A stretch of 63,570 bases of DNA, counting the filler, from Olpidium bornovanus S191 (taxonomy: Eukaryota > Fungi > Olpidiomycota): the NCBI GenBank assembly GCA_017911155.1. It is 35 parts of 35 records of this genome, joined end to end, with 100 filler letters (N's around TTAATTAATTAA, not from the genome) between each part and the next. Parts side by side here need not be neighbours in the genome. Positions count along the whole stretch, not along the records: positions 13,765 to 15,322 come from JAEFCI010006541.1; positions 15,423 to 17,209 come from JAEFCI010003774.1; positions 17,310 to 18,927 come from JAEFCI010009381.1; positions 19,028 to 22,792 come from JAEFCI010004788.1; positions 22,893 to 24,262 come from JAEFCI010002163.1; positions 24,363 to 25,472 come from JAEFCI010000042.1; 29 more parts are not named here. The stretch is one strand, 5' to 3'. How positions within the stretch are numbered: position 1 is the stretch's first letter; every line of letters begins with the position of its first letter. The notes below the pieces were generated by a model, which did not search any database, had not been told where the DNA came from, and worked only from the letters and a program-made list of their open reading frames with translations. Below, piece after piece: positions 14,501 to 25,572 of the stretch. The position numbers were made by a program, and so were the translations under genes.

Positions 14501-15046
14501 CCCTACAAGTTGCTTGGACCAGCCACACTCTGCTCAGCTGGCAAAGTGTTCCTCATTCTGCGGCAGCCTTCTTAACCCACGCAAGCAGCAACGGCGATCA
14601 CGCCCGCTCGGGGGATCTGCTGCACGTTCGGGGTGTGCCGAGCGGATCCCTTCTGCTGTGTCCACTTTCTACGTGACCACGGTCTTCCCGCCGACCGTCA
14701 GGGCGTGCTTCCGGGCTTTTCCTCGCCGTCGCCGATTTCCTTCCTCGGGATATTGGGATGGAGTCCGCGGGGGGGGGGGGGGGGGGGGGGGGCCCCCCCC
14801 CGGGGGGGGGGGGGGGGGGGCGGGGGGGGGGGGGGGGGGGGGCGGTGCCCCGCCGCCGGGGGGAGGGGGGGGGGCTTCTGGGACAGGCGTCCCCGTCCGC
14901 TGCGGCGAAACGCCGAAACCGCGCACAACCTGCTGCTCCTCCGGCCCGCCGGGAAAAAAACACGGGGTCGTGCGCGGGGCCCCCCCGCCGCCCAGCAGCT
15001 CGCCCGCCCGCCCCCGTCGCCGCGGACACGCGCCCGCGCCCGGCCC

Positions 15047-15149
15047 ATGCCCGCCGATCCTCCTCCGCACGTCACCGCGTGGGACGCCGCGGCAGTGGCG
15101 GCCTGGCTGAGAGAAAACGGGTTCGGCGACCTCGAGAGGGTGTTCGTGG
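15047..15149 (+). CDS. First exon of a SAM-domain protein
   Basis: MPADPPPHVTAWDAAAVAAWLRENGFGDLERVFV followed by a GTGAGC donor. Matches the SAM helix-1 pattern W..-.V..WL...G. Confidence 0.65.
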
Positions 15150-15174
15150 GTGAGCGCGCGGGAGGACAAATACG

Positions 15175-15218
<44 letters not shown>

Positions 15219-15530
15219 CTTTTTTTTTTTTTTTTTTCGCCGGTGTAACAACAGCGACCCCGTGGCCAAACGCGGCCCCCCCACCCCGGCTGCCCCCCCC
15301 CGCCCACAGAGGGAGCCACGCCNNNNNNNNNNNNNNNNNNNNNNNNNNNNNNNNNNNNNNNNNNNNTTAATTAATTAANNNNNNNNNNNNNNNNNNNNNN
15401 NNNNNNNNNNNNNNNNNNNNNNATAGGAACCCTCCCCGGGGAGTGCGCCCACAGGTGAATTCGTGCTTCGCCCTCACCCGAATCACAACAAACACACGCT
15501 TTCCCTTTCCGCCATCCGCTGCGCTCGGGT

Positions 15531-15815
15531 GCCCGCCCGTCGCGCCGCCTTCGGCCGCCCGCCGCGCCTCCTCCGACCGCCTCGCTCCCGCCAAGCGCCA
15601 TTCGGTGCCCGCCCGTCGCGCTACCTCCGGCCACCCCGCTCCCGCCAAGCGCCACCCGGTGTCCGCCCGTCGCGCAGCCTCCGGCCGCCTCGCTCCCGCC
15701 AAGCGCCATCCGATGTCCGCCCGTCGCGCCGCCTCCGGCCACCTCGCTCCCGCCAAGCGCCACCTCCGGCCGCCCCGCTCCCCCCAAACGCCATCCGGTG
15801 TCCGCCCGTCGCGCC
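15531..15815. repeat. GC-rich 54-bp minisatellite (4 full units plus partial flanks)
   Basis: Core CGCTCCCGCCAAGCGCCA recurs at an exact 54-bp period (units start 15581, 15635, 15689, 15743). Confidence 0.9.
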
Positions 15816-17686
15816 CCCTCTGGCCGCCCCGCTCCGCTCCGGCTCCCGCTCCGCCCCGCTTCCGCAGTATGGACCTTACCACGTACCGTTTATTAGTATC
15901 GAATTATTATTAAATATTAGTTTTTGAGGCTTGTTAGAATAAGCAAGGGTCCTGTTCTGGGACCTTTGTCTGATATTAGCCTACGGAGGATATTAGTTAA
16001 GGTTTAGATTGGTTTTACTGTAAGAGGGTTTGGCATCGAGGGATGACGTTCCGGAAAGCCGGAGAAAAAAAAAGGAGGCCGCGCCGCGTTTCCGGCACTT
16101 GGCGAGCTGAAGAAGAACAGGTTTGGGCGGACGGACAAGCAAAGATCACTTTGTTGTCCGTTGATGGTCTGTTAAATTCGGCCGCGTGCATCTGTTGTCT
16201 ATGTGTACTAATTTTGCCAGCGCAGGTTTTGAACGTTTGCAAAAAATTTACGTTGCCCGTTCAACATGAAGTATGTCTGTCGCCGACATGGTTTGCTCGG
16301 TAGGCAGAATTGTGGCGGGAAGTTTCAGGGCATTTCGGAGAGAAAAACTAGGTTCGCATCTTGGGTGTATTCATTGGGAGGACGTTTTGCGGCGTGAAAG
16401 GCAAAGAGAAGCAATTAGGCGCAGGGCAGTTGTACCAAACAACCGCTGCTGACCTCAACGTAAAACTGCGACTGCACCATGTGGCCGAGGAGCTAGACTT
16501 CCAAGCAAAAATTTCCAGATCTCCCTGCGCGCAGATTTTTTTGTCCGCTTGCTACAATTGCCAATAAATGTGTTCCACGTTCTTTGGTGGAGTCCAATTC
16601 GGGATAGGTGACATGTCTTCCCCCTCCCATTTTCTCGGCCGCAAGGGGTGGGCCTGCTTCTTATTTTACAGGAACGGAACGGCCAGGAGCTTTCCTGGTT
16701 TGCTTGATGACCCTTGGTGGAGGCGCCGATATAGGTATTGCAACCAGAATCATCTGGATAAGACCACAGCAGATATTGGCGAACCTGGCAGGCCGGCGGA
16801 TGACAACGTGCTAGCGCACGTCCGAATAAGTCCTTAGTGACAGCATATCCAGCTGCCTGGTGCAGGTCAGTCCGAAATGCGGAGCGAGAGCAGGTAGGTC
16901 AGTCTGAGATGCGGAGCGAGCTGGACAGCGATTGCTGCTGCCAGTACTCTTTGAGTACTGCTTGTAGTTGAAGATCGGGCACGGTTGTCAGTAGTCAGGT
17001 CAAATGACGCAAAAACTGATCGAAATCATTGAATACCAATTCGCTCACGCCTCTTACGACCGCCAGTAGGAACTGTTTTTTGGTCCGACCGCTTCTGTGC
17101 CTGGTTCCCGGCCGCAAAAACGTTTTTTGGATGTGGTTCGCTATATGCGAGGTCCGAGGGGTTAATGCTGCTTCAAGATGCCGACACGCAATTGCCCGAC
17201 ACTTCCATGNNNNNNNNNNNNNNNNNNNNNNNNNNNNNNNNNNNNNNNNNNNNTTAATTAATTAANNNNNNNNNNNNNNNNNNNNNNNNNNNNNNNNNNN
17301 NNNNNNNNNCATGGATAATCCACCTTATACCTGCGTTTTCGCGATCGGAAACTCGTCAAAAACTAATTCTATCGCCTATTACAGGCGCGAGAATTCGGTG
17401 ACGTACGCGTTGGACGCCGCATCCGAAAACGGCCCCTGACGTGCTGTTTGTCACAGGGAGTTGAAACGGTGCGCGGAGGCCGGGGATGGGGAGCGGGGTC
17501 AGGGCAAAGAGAGCAGAGTCACGTGCCATCAGCCGCCGATCACGTTCGCGACTTTCCCCGCCCTTCTCCCCCCCCCCCCCGCGGATTTGCTTCCCCGCTC
17601 GCGCGCCCCGGTTCTTCCCCCGCGCCTCCTCCCGTTCCCCTTCCGACCCAATTTTTTGCCCCCCTTTTTCCTCTCCGCCGGGTGCG

Positions 17687-17710
17687 ACACACACACACAC
17701 ACACACACAC
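17687..17710. repeat. (AC)12 microsatellite
   Basis: Direct reading. Confidence 0.95.
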
Positions 17711-17871
17711 GCCCCCGCCAGGTCCCTCTTCCCTTCCCCCGGGTGGCGGCCGTGGGGGATTTCCCGCGTGGACCTCGCGACACACAGTGACTACTCCGCC
17801 CCACCCCCCCCCCTCCCCACCCCACCTCACCTCACCTCTCCCTCTCCCTCCCGAAGAACACGCAGCACGTC

Positions 17872-18927
17872 ATGGTGAGTCGTCGTCGTCCGCCAGGTGA
17901 CGGTGGCGGGGACCCGCCAGAGCGCCGAGGCAGCCCCCTCTGCTCTTCCTCCCGTAACCATTCTTCCCCTGGTCGGCTTGCGCCGGGAAGGTGCGGGCGG
18001 CCCTTGCGCTCGTGCCCCCCGCCTGCGCGGGGAACACGGCGAAAACAAGAAAACGAGCCAAAAACAAAAAAAAAAAAAAGAAAAAAAAATACGACCCGCG
18101 CATTAGAAGGCGTGTTAGGGCAGAGGCGTCGTCGTTCCGGAGAGCTTTCCCAACTGCAGCCGGCCCCGTTCGTTGGCCCAACACAGCTCGATAAAGTTGG
18201 TGCCCGCGGGCGCCGACGCACAGCTCACCTGGCAGGAGCTTTCTGCATTATCGAAAAGACCGGGCGGCGCCGGACTGTGTTCTGCAGCAGGATGCTGTTA
18301 ACAGTTGGATGACATTGTCCACAGCACGCGCCTCGCCTCTCGGAGGCGGGACTGCATCGTGCCTGCTCCGCATGCCGCCACCCCCGTGACTTTTGCGGAG
18401 TCCTTTCCTCTTTCCTAAATCCAGCCGCGCCCTTTCCCACAACTTGCGGTCTGAATTTCCAACGTTGGCAGCAAGATATCGCGCAACAACGCCCTGATGA
18501 CCCCTGGTCTTTTGTTTCTACCGCTCGTTGCCCGCGTATTGTTCCCCCGTTGCGCCCACCACGCAGGCCGATCAATTGAACGAGGAGCAGATCTCCGAAT
18601 TCAAGGAGGCGTTCTCGCTGTTTGACAAGGACGGCGATGGCACGATCACGACCAAGGAGCTGGGAACTGTGATGCGGTCCCTCGGCCAGAATCCAACGGA
18701 AGCCGAACTCCAGGACATGATCAACGAGATTGACGCCGACGGAAGCGGCACTATTGAGTTCGGCGAGTTTTTTTACATGATGGGCCGCAAGATGAAGGAC
18801 CCAGACCAGGAAGAGGATATCAAGGAGGCCTTCAAAGTGTTCGACAAGGATGGAAACGGGTACATCTCCTCCGCCGAGCTGCGCCACGTAATGACTAATT
18901 TGGGCGAGAAGTTGACCGACGAGGAGG
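17872..18927 (+). CDS. CMD1: Calmodulin (divergent), 3'-truncated; exon 1 is the ATG only (17872-17874), exon 2 starts at 18567
   Basis: ATG|GTGAGT..CACGCAG|[95 protein letters not shown]. Confidence 0.95.
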
Positions 18928-20860
18928 NNNNNNNNNNNNNNNNNNNNNNNNNNNNNNNNNNNNNNNNNNNNTTAATTAATTAANNNNNNNNNNNNNNNNN
19001 NNNNNNNNNNNNNNNNNNNNNNNNNNNCATGCAAAGAAGAAGAAGAAGAAGAAGAAGTAAGAAGAAGAAAAAAAAAAATAATAAAAACCCCGAGCAGTTT
19101 CGTCAAAGAGGCGCTGCTTGCGCCTCTTATAATGCCCTGGAAGGCTGGTCGATGTTGAGGCACCCCCCCCCCCCCCCCCCCCCCCGCGCGCTTCCTCCTT
19201 TGCTCGCGCTGCACGTGACGAAGGTGCAAATCCCCGCTATCTCCCGCCCCGCCGATTTTAATGCGCATAGTTCTGGCCCGTGCACCTGGCCTCGCAACCG
19301 GAAGTGAACCCCCGTAAAAACCATCGTGCCCGTTCTTTTGTCCGTGGTTTGCCGCGCAGTCCCTGCGCCTGGAGTTCGTGCCTGCCCCGGCTCCTGTTGC
19401 CGTTGTGATGGTCAGTGCTCGCGCTCGTCCTCGGCGCCGGTACAAATCTGGATGAGCCGACGCTGGGCGTCATTGGCGAGAACCTTACAAACTCCGTAAC
19501 TGTCAGCTCATCTTCCACAACCGGTGTTGCCGCAACATCCTGTGATAATGCGTGGCTCTTTATTTGAAAACGCTGCCAAATCCACGGGCTTGAAGCCAGC
19601 TGCCGGCGCCCATCGGCAAGCGCAACTACCGTCTAGGCTGCAGTCGTGAACATCTGGTCCTTTGCCGTGAAAGCCGTACTTTAATAGATCGTCAACTTCC
19701 TGTACGCAACACTACCTGACTGGAAAACCGGCTTGCCACCAATTCGACTCCACAACAGTTACGGCAACGGAAAACCTGCTGACCTGCCATTGCGCCGAGT
19801 TCGTCTCAAGATGTCACGCCTGCACGACCAGCGGAGACACCTCTTCAAAACCGTCATCCTCACAGATGAAAGCGGCTCGTTTCCGTTTCCCCTCCCTTCT
19901 GAGATAATTCCTCGTTTCAACCGGCAACGGCTCTCGATCCTTTTATACGAGGCTGCAGAGAAGCTAAGGAAAAATGCCAAAGACTCTGACCTTAACTACC
20001 GTGAGGCGGTTAAGCCGACTGGGTCGCCGTCCCGAGGCCGGCCCCCCGACCAGACACATCCACTACAACGAGGGCGAACGAACGATGACGGCTTGGCGGC
20101 TGCTGAGGGTCCCGGTCGCGGAGTTCCCGGTGCGTGAGGTGAGCTTGGTGGCAGCAGCCGGTGCAAGATCAAAGCCACAATGGGATCCCGCAATCAAAGA
20201 TTTCTGATGATATTACGTGGCAAGCTGAATCAAAACCAAACGGTACGTAGAGCAGGAAGCGCTTGTATGATGTGCAAGAAAAAAACGCCTGTGCGGTTTA
20301 GCCACGGTACAGCCTAATGGGAACCCGGCAATCCGCGGCGGGAAAACGTCGGGAAGCGCTCGCTGCTTTCGCTGCTCAAGGAGCACGCTTGCCCGCATCT
20401 TAGTCTTTCCGCGGCGGTGGTCAGGTGGGGGGATGGGCAAAAAAAAAAGGAGGACCAAAAGGGAATTTAAACCCTTTTTGGTTTTTTTGAATTTTTTCTT
20501 GTCTTGACGGGGATTCGAACTCGGGTTTGTTTTGTTGGAGGGACTTGGCTAAACCGTTTTTTTTTTCGGGATTTTCCCTCGGTGAACTAAACCGGCCGGT
20601 AGCGCCTTTTGTGCGTTTCCATAAAAGATCACGTGACCGGAGCCACACCGCGAAACCGGCCCCTTGCGCGCCTGTGAACCCCGCCTCCCCGCCGCCCGCG
20701 CGGAGGGAGGGCTGTGTGAGAAAGCAGAACGGAGAAGGAGAAAAAAAGCGACGGCGGGGGAAAGGAGCAAGCGAACGCGCGCTTCCGCAAGCAGGAGGAA
20801 AGAGGCGGGAGGAGCAAAAGAGAAAAGGCTGGGAGACAGCGACCGCACGGAGAAGGGAAG

Positions 20861-21292
20861 GGCGCGGCCCGTCGCTTTTGCTTCGGGCTGTGTCCCGCGG
20901 AGCCGCCGTACTCCCGCCGGAGGTCCCTTGCTACCCCCGTCTCTGGGCGCGGCCGTCGCTTTGCTTCGGGCTGCGTCCCGGCCGAGCCGCCGTACTTTTA
21001 CCGGCGGGTCCCTTGCGACACCTGCCTTATAACTTAGGCGGAGACCCCAAGGCTACTTGTCGACGGGCCGAAAAGAGAGAGAGAGAGAGAGAGAGAGCGC
21101 AACGCGCCTTGCCTGCCTGCCGGTGTTTTCTGCGCTTTCCCACTCCTACGCCCGCCTCTGGGCGCGGCCGCCGCTTTGCTTCGCTTCGGGCTGTGTCCCG
21201 CCGAGCCGCCGTTCTTTGCCGGAGGTCCCTTGCGACACCCGCCTCTCAACTTGGGTTGGAGACCCCAAGGCTACTGTTGACGGCCCGAAAAA

Positions 21293-21329
<37 letters not shown>

Positions 21330-21385
21330 AAGAGCGCAACGCGCCTTGCCCGCCTGCCGGTGTTTTCTGCGCTTTCTCACTCCTC
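20861..21385. repeat. Nested direct repeat: ~85-bp unit x3 inside a ~215-bp unit x2 that carries a (GA)n tract
   Basis: GGCGCGGCC..GCTTCGGGCTG..GTCCCTTGC starts at 20861, 20946 and 21161. GAGACCCCAAGGCTAC..(GA)n..GCGCAACGCGCCTTGCC occurs twice. Confidence 0.9.
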
Positions 21386-21468
21386 ACTCGCCCTTCTCTT
21401 AGTTTTCTTCCGGAGGGAAGCGGCGGCTTTGGCGTGGGCAGGTAAGAAGGAGAAGGACGAGAAGGGGC

Positions 21469-21545
21469 GAGCCGCGCGCGCGCGCCTCCCACCGGGAGAG
21501 CCGCGCCGGGAGAGCCGCGCGCGCGCGCCTCCCACCGGGAGAGCT
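21469..21545. repeat. ~43-bp direct duplication
   Basis: GAGCCGCGCGCGCGCGCCTCCCACCGGGAGA at 21469 and 21512. Confidence 0.85.
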
Positions 21546-21691
21546 GCGCGCCACAAGTCTCTGCGACACAGCGGGGTTGGGGCGGAAGCAAGGCCAACAG
21601 GCAGGCCGGACGGTTGAGAAGCCGGAGACGCAAAAACTTGTTTCCGGCGTCTAGGGTCAGGACTCAAGAGAGACGGGAGCACAGCCCCTCG

Positions 21692-21955
21692 GCAACGTCT
21701 TGGGGGAACACAGGTCGACGGGACGGGTGTAACGAGGCCAGCTCGGGCAAGAAGTCGGCTGTTGTTCCCCAGGGCGGTCTCTTCGCCTTTTTGGGCTTCG
21801 CAGGAAAACCGACGTGGGCCGCCCCTCTGCAACGTCTAGGGGAACACAGGTCGACAAGACGGGTGTAACGGGGCCAGCTCGGGCAAGAAGTCGGCTGTTG
21901 TTCTCCAGGGACGGTCTCTTTGCCTTTGAACTCTACAGGGGAACCGACGTGGGGC
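21692..21955. repeat. 137-bp direct duplication
   Basis: GCAACGTCT..GGAACACAGGTCGAC..GGGCAAGAAGTCGGCTGTTGTT at 21692 and 21829. Confidence 0.9.
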
Positions 21956-22147
21956 GAACTCCAATGAAACGAGCACGAGGAGCAAGCTGCAGTTTTCTCC
22001 ACCCGGGGCACGATGTTTACGGCCGGGCGGCCGCCGGGCGGCGTCGCCGGCTCTATGCTTCATGGGAGTCGTCGTCGTCCGGGAGTGCTTTTGATCATTC
22101 GCCACCTGTTCATCCCAGAGACGGCGGACGTTTTTTTTTTAGAGTTA

Positions 22148-22429
22148 ATGATTTGGTTCGCGAACGAAAGCATTCTGTTAACTCCAAGCAGTATCAAGAC
22201 CCGACTGCAGATATTAACTTGGCATTTTTATTTTGTATTTCTCAGAAGTGTTTACGACGTCTCTAATTTGGCCACACTGCTTGGCCACACTGCTTGGCCA
22301 CATGATTTGGTTCGCGAACGATAGCATTCTGTCAACTAAAAGCAGTATCAAGGCCCGACTGCAGATTTTAACTTGGCATTTTTACTTCGTATTTTTCAGA
22401 AGTGTTTACGACGTCTCTAATTTGGCCAC
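22148..22429. repeat. 154-bp direct duplication with TTGGCCACA(CTGC) x3 at the junction
   Basis: ATGATTTGGTTCGCGAACGA..AGAAGTGTTTACGACGTCTCTAATTTGGCCAC at 22148 and 22302. Confidence 0.92.
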
Positions 22430-22957
22430 GTTGTCTCGACCTGCAAAACTTTGCAGAGAACGTGGTACGCGTAATTGGCCGTTTTCAAATATCTGTCACG
22501 TCTTGCGAGCCAAGAACTTACAAGCCGTTCACGGAAACAGCCGAGACCGAAAAAAAAAGGTAAGTTGAAGCGACTTCCATCGAAAAAAAAACCGACCCAA
22601 AGCTAAATCCTGAACGGCGACGAGGAGGTTGTCCCGTTCATCGCCACACTGTAGTCGTTTGTTCACCCCAGTCGTCTCAAGTTTTTTCTGCAATTCTTAC
22701 CAAGCCGATCAAACCCTCCGTGTCAGCCGTTGCACAGCGAGCGCCAACCTTGTCATCCTACCTTCCTTTCTCTTTGTTGTGTGTGTCCCATGNNNNNNNN
22801 NNNNNNNNNNNNNNNNNNNNNNNNNNNNNNNNNNNNTTAATTAATTAANNNNNNNNNNNNNNNNNNNNNNNNNNNNNNNNNNNNNNNNNNNNATTGAGAA
22901 ACCACGAATATCGATTCCGCATTAGCTGGCTCAAGGCAAAACGCCATAATCGCTCAC

Positions 22958-23755
22958 CGAGCTGGGACATTAACCGCTCGAAACAGTAGAACACGTCCGA
23001 CTCCTCCTGCATGACGTAAACAAAAGGCCCACAAAGATGGACGAGATTTGGATAGTAATCCGCCGCCTTATTGTGGTTGATGTACGCGGCAATAACTCTC
23101 TCATAGACAGTAAGAGTTGCAGTGCTGTCCTTGAAGGCGTCCCCCCGACGCATGTAACGGCTGGCCTCCCCACGCACCGGCTTGACGATTTCGGCATTCT
23201 CCTTTTCGATTTGTTCATACTCTTCGGCCTTCGCCTTCAATATCGAGATTTCTTTTGCTGGTTTGAAGCCCCGGTGCGAAAGCGTCAGTTGGAAGATGGA
23301 ATTCGGCCGGACACGGAGCTGTCAAAGCCGCCCAGAACACATACATCGATCTGCTGGCCGCACTCCGAGAAGATACTTCCACACCTCCTAAAACGCCGTT
23401 TTCGACGCGCTTCAGGAGAAAGCGGCCAGCGTAACGCCGTATCTGCCAGGACACTCACCCGTCGAACTTCGTCCGGGATGCCATGCCGCGCGGCGTCCCG
23501 GAGTTTGTCCAGATCTATGGCGACCTCGGCCGAGAGCAGCTCGATAAACTCTCGCAGCACGCTGTTCTCTCCTCTTGGCGTGAACATCCGTACGTGATCG
23601 TCGTCTTCCTCATCACAACCGCTTGTCCGCGAGGTCACCGTGACAGCTCCGCCCGCGCCATTATCTGAGCTATCGATTCCGAACGAGGCTGCCCGGACGC
23701 CCCGACCGCTCAGGGTTCCATCCACTGCACTGGCAAAGTCAGCGTCGTCCGCCAT
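22958..23755 (-). CDS. Rab-GAP TBC-domain protein, 5' part
   Basis: EFIELLSAEVAIDLDKLRDAARHGIPDEVR..EVWKYLLGV..VRGEASRY..YYPNLVHLCGPFVYVMQEESDVFYCFERLMSQL is co-linear with TBC motifs A-C. Confidence 0.85.
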
Positions 23756-24362
23756 GCGTTCCGGCAATTCGTAGGCGTCTCCTGTCCTTTGCCGCCTTTT
23801 CTTTGTGAGTCTCAAAGGCCGGGGGGCGGTGTTCGCCACACACACCCGTATCATTAGATGCGACTGGCGCGACGCCGGGCGAGGGGAAGAGGTGAGGAGA
23901 TGGGAGGGGAGGCGGGGACGACGGAGCGCGGGAGCCGGCGGCCGCCAGTCGCAGCTTCGGAATAGAGGTGCGGGCTGCGCAACGAGACGGGGAGCGGCGC
24001 CACCCGGGTCAAAAGGGGGCCTCTGCGTCTGGCGCAAAAGTCCGTTCGAGGTTCCTCTCGCGGCAGGTTGCTTTTGTTGTCGTCGGGGGAGGAGAGACTG
24101 GAGCCCGGGGGGGAGGGCCGGGGGAGGGGGAGGGGGGGGGGGGGGGGGGGGGGCGGCAGCTCGGAAAGTTTGGAAAGGATGGAGGTTGTGCGTAGGGAGG
24201 CCAATAGGGACCAGAATAAAATTTCCCGAGAGGGGAAACTCAACAGAAACAGAGCCCCCTCGNNNNNNNNNNNNNNNNNNNNNNNNNNNNNNNNNNNNNN
24301 NNNNNNTTAATTAATTAANNNNNNNNNNNNNNNNNNNNNNNNNNNNNNNNNNNNNNNNNNNN

Positions 24363-24733
24363 CCGCCGCTTCGTCGTCAAGCCGACCAGGATGGAAGCGC
24401 TTGGCCCCCTCGGCCCGCACGAGCAGTAACGTTCCCCACTGCTCGGCCGGTGACGCCTGCATCGACGAGAAGTGCCGCATGTGGCACCCGTCGCAGCGCT
24501 CCCGTCGACTCGCCGGCGGAAACGAACCACCCCCGCCTGGCGTCGCTCGCCTCGCCGCACCCCGCGCCCCCGCACCGGCTGCCGTCCCCAATCGGCCGAA
24601 GTACACCCACTGCCAGCAGTTTGGGCACATTGAAGCCCGCTGCTTTCGATTGCACCCGGAGCTTCGTCCCTCACTCCCCGCTGCCCCCACCACACCCGCC
24701 GCCCAACCCCCGCCACACCCCCTGGCCGCCTGA
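24363..24733 (+). mobile_element. Decayed LTR-retrotransposon gag end (CCCH finger plus mutated CCHC knuckle)
   Basis: CSAGDACIDEKCRMWHP, then YTHCQQFGHIEARCFRLHPELRP. The C-x2-C-x3-GH-x4-C..LHPEL pattern is typical of copia-type gag; the first Cys is Tyr (TAC). Confidence 0.6.
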
Positions 24734-25050
24734 TGCTGCGGTCGGCATTGGCCAACTCGTTCGTCCACATATCACGTTTCTTTTCGCAATCGAACACCTT
24801 TGGAAGAACTTAATTTGCTTCTTTCCTCTGCTGGCACCGAACCTATCGTGTTTAATCTGACTCGTGGGCCGATTGCAATTGCTTCTTCGATGAACGAGCC
24901 CTCCGCTGACGATAAACTAACAGCGTCGTCTGCTTTGATTACTTCTGATTCGGAGCCGTCCTTCTCCGCCGCGCCTGTTTTGCATTACCGTCGTTTTACT
25001 GCGTCTGCCCCGTCGATCATGGCAGGTCGACACCCGCATAAGTTCATCGT

Positions 25051-25205
25051 CGTTCAATCGTTGTAAAGGTACAATCACCCAGGAGAGGGACTTCGGCTCA
25101 AGGACTTCCTCCGTCTTCTCCTTCGTTCAATTGTTGTAAAGGTACAATCACCCAGGAGAGGGACTTCGGCTCAAGGACTTCCTCCGTCTTCTCCTTCGTT
25201 CAATC
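25051..25205. repeat. 73-bp tandem duplication (2 copies plus a partial)
   Basis: CGTTCAAT(C/T)GTTGTAAAGGTACAATCACCCAGGAGAGGG..CTTCTCCTT at 25051 and 25124, with one mismatch. Confidence 0.95.
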
Positions 25206-25242
25206 TTTCTTTCTTCAGTGCATGTCTATGCCATAAGTTTCC

Positions 25243-25472
25243 AAAGTGGGGGGGGGGGTTGAAGCCTGGTTATATACCCAGGGCTGGGGATTAAGCTCAG
25301 GTCTCCAGAGCGCAGCTGTGCAGAGGCTAAATAGAGAGACGAAGCTAAAACAGAGAGACAAAGCTAAAATAGAAACACAAAGCTAAAGTGACGTGAGAAA
25401 AGTTTAAAGCGACATCAAAAGAAAGTTTAAACTGATGTCAAAAAAGCTTAAAGCGCTCTCAAGAAAGTTTAA
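25243..25472 (+). mobile_element. Candidate polypurine tract plus start of a 3' LTR containing a ~20-bp degenerate array
   Basis: AAAGTGGGGGGGGGGGG followed by TGAAGCC.., a TATATA flanked by CCTGG/CCAGG, and 8 phased AAG(C/T)T(T)AAA-like cores. Lies 0.5 kb downstream of the gag relic. Confidence 0.4.
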
Positions 25473-25572
25473 NNNNNNNNNNNNNNNNNNNNNNNNNNNN
25501 NNNNNNNNNNNNNNNNTTAATTAATTAANNNNNNNNNNNNNNNNNNNNNNNNNNNNNNNNNNNNNNNNNNNN

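Noticed and set aside
16400-16840. Minus-strand fragments resembling GIY-YIG (CNTYIGAST) or LINE motifs
   Set aside because: The motifs are in different frames and too short; it may be a TE relic but cannot be supported.
17310-17530. Possible small spliced gene divergent from calmodulin (..RQGPFSDAASN|AYKVDYP..)
   Set aside because: The splice sites are plausible, but the product is unrecognised and is cut by the contig edge.
18225-18887. 220-aa minus-strand ORF
   Set aside because: It is the antisense shadow of the calmodulin exon.
19733-20400. Interrupted ORFs with a faint LINE/Helitron flavour (TAWRLL.., CFRC)
   Set aside because: No diagnostic RT or Rep motif was found.
20490-20600. 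tRNA-like T-loop (minus strand GAGTTCGAATCCCCGTCAAGACA)
   Set aside because: The T-stem pairs at only 3 of 5 positions, no D or anticodon arms can be built, and the region looks like low-quality consensus.
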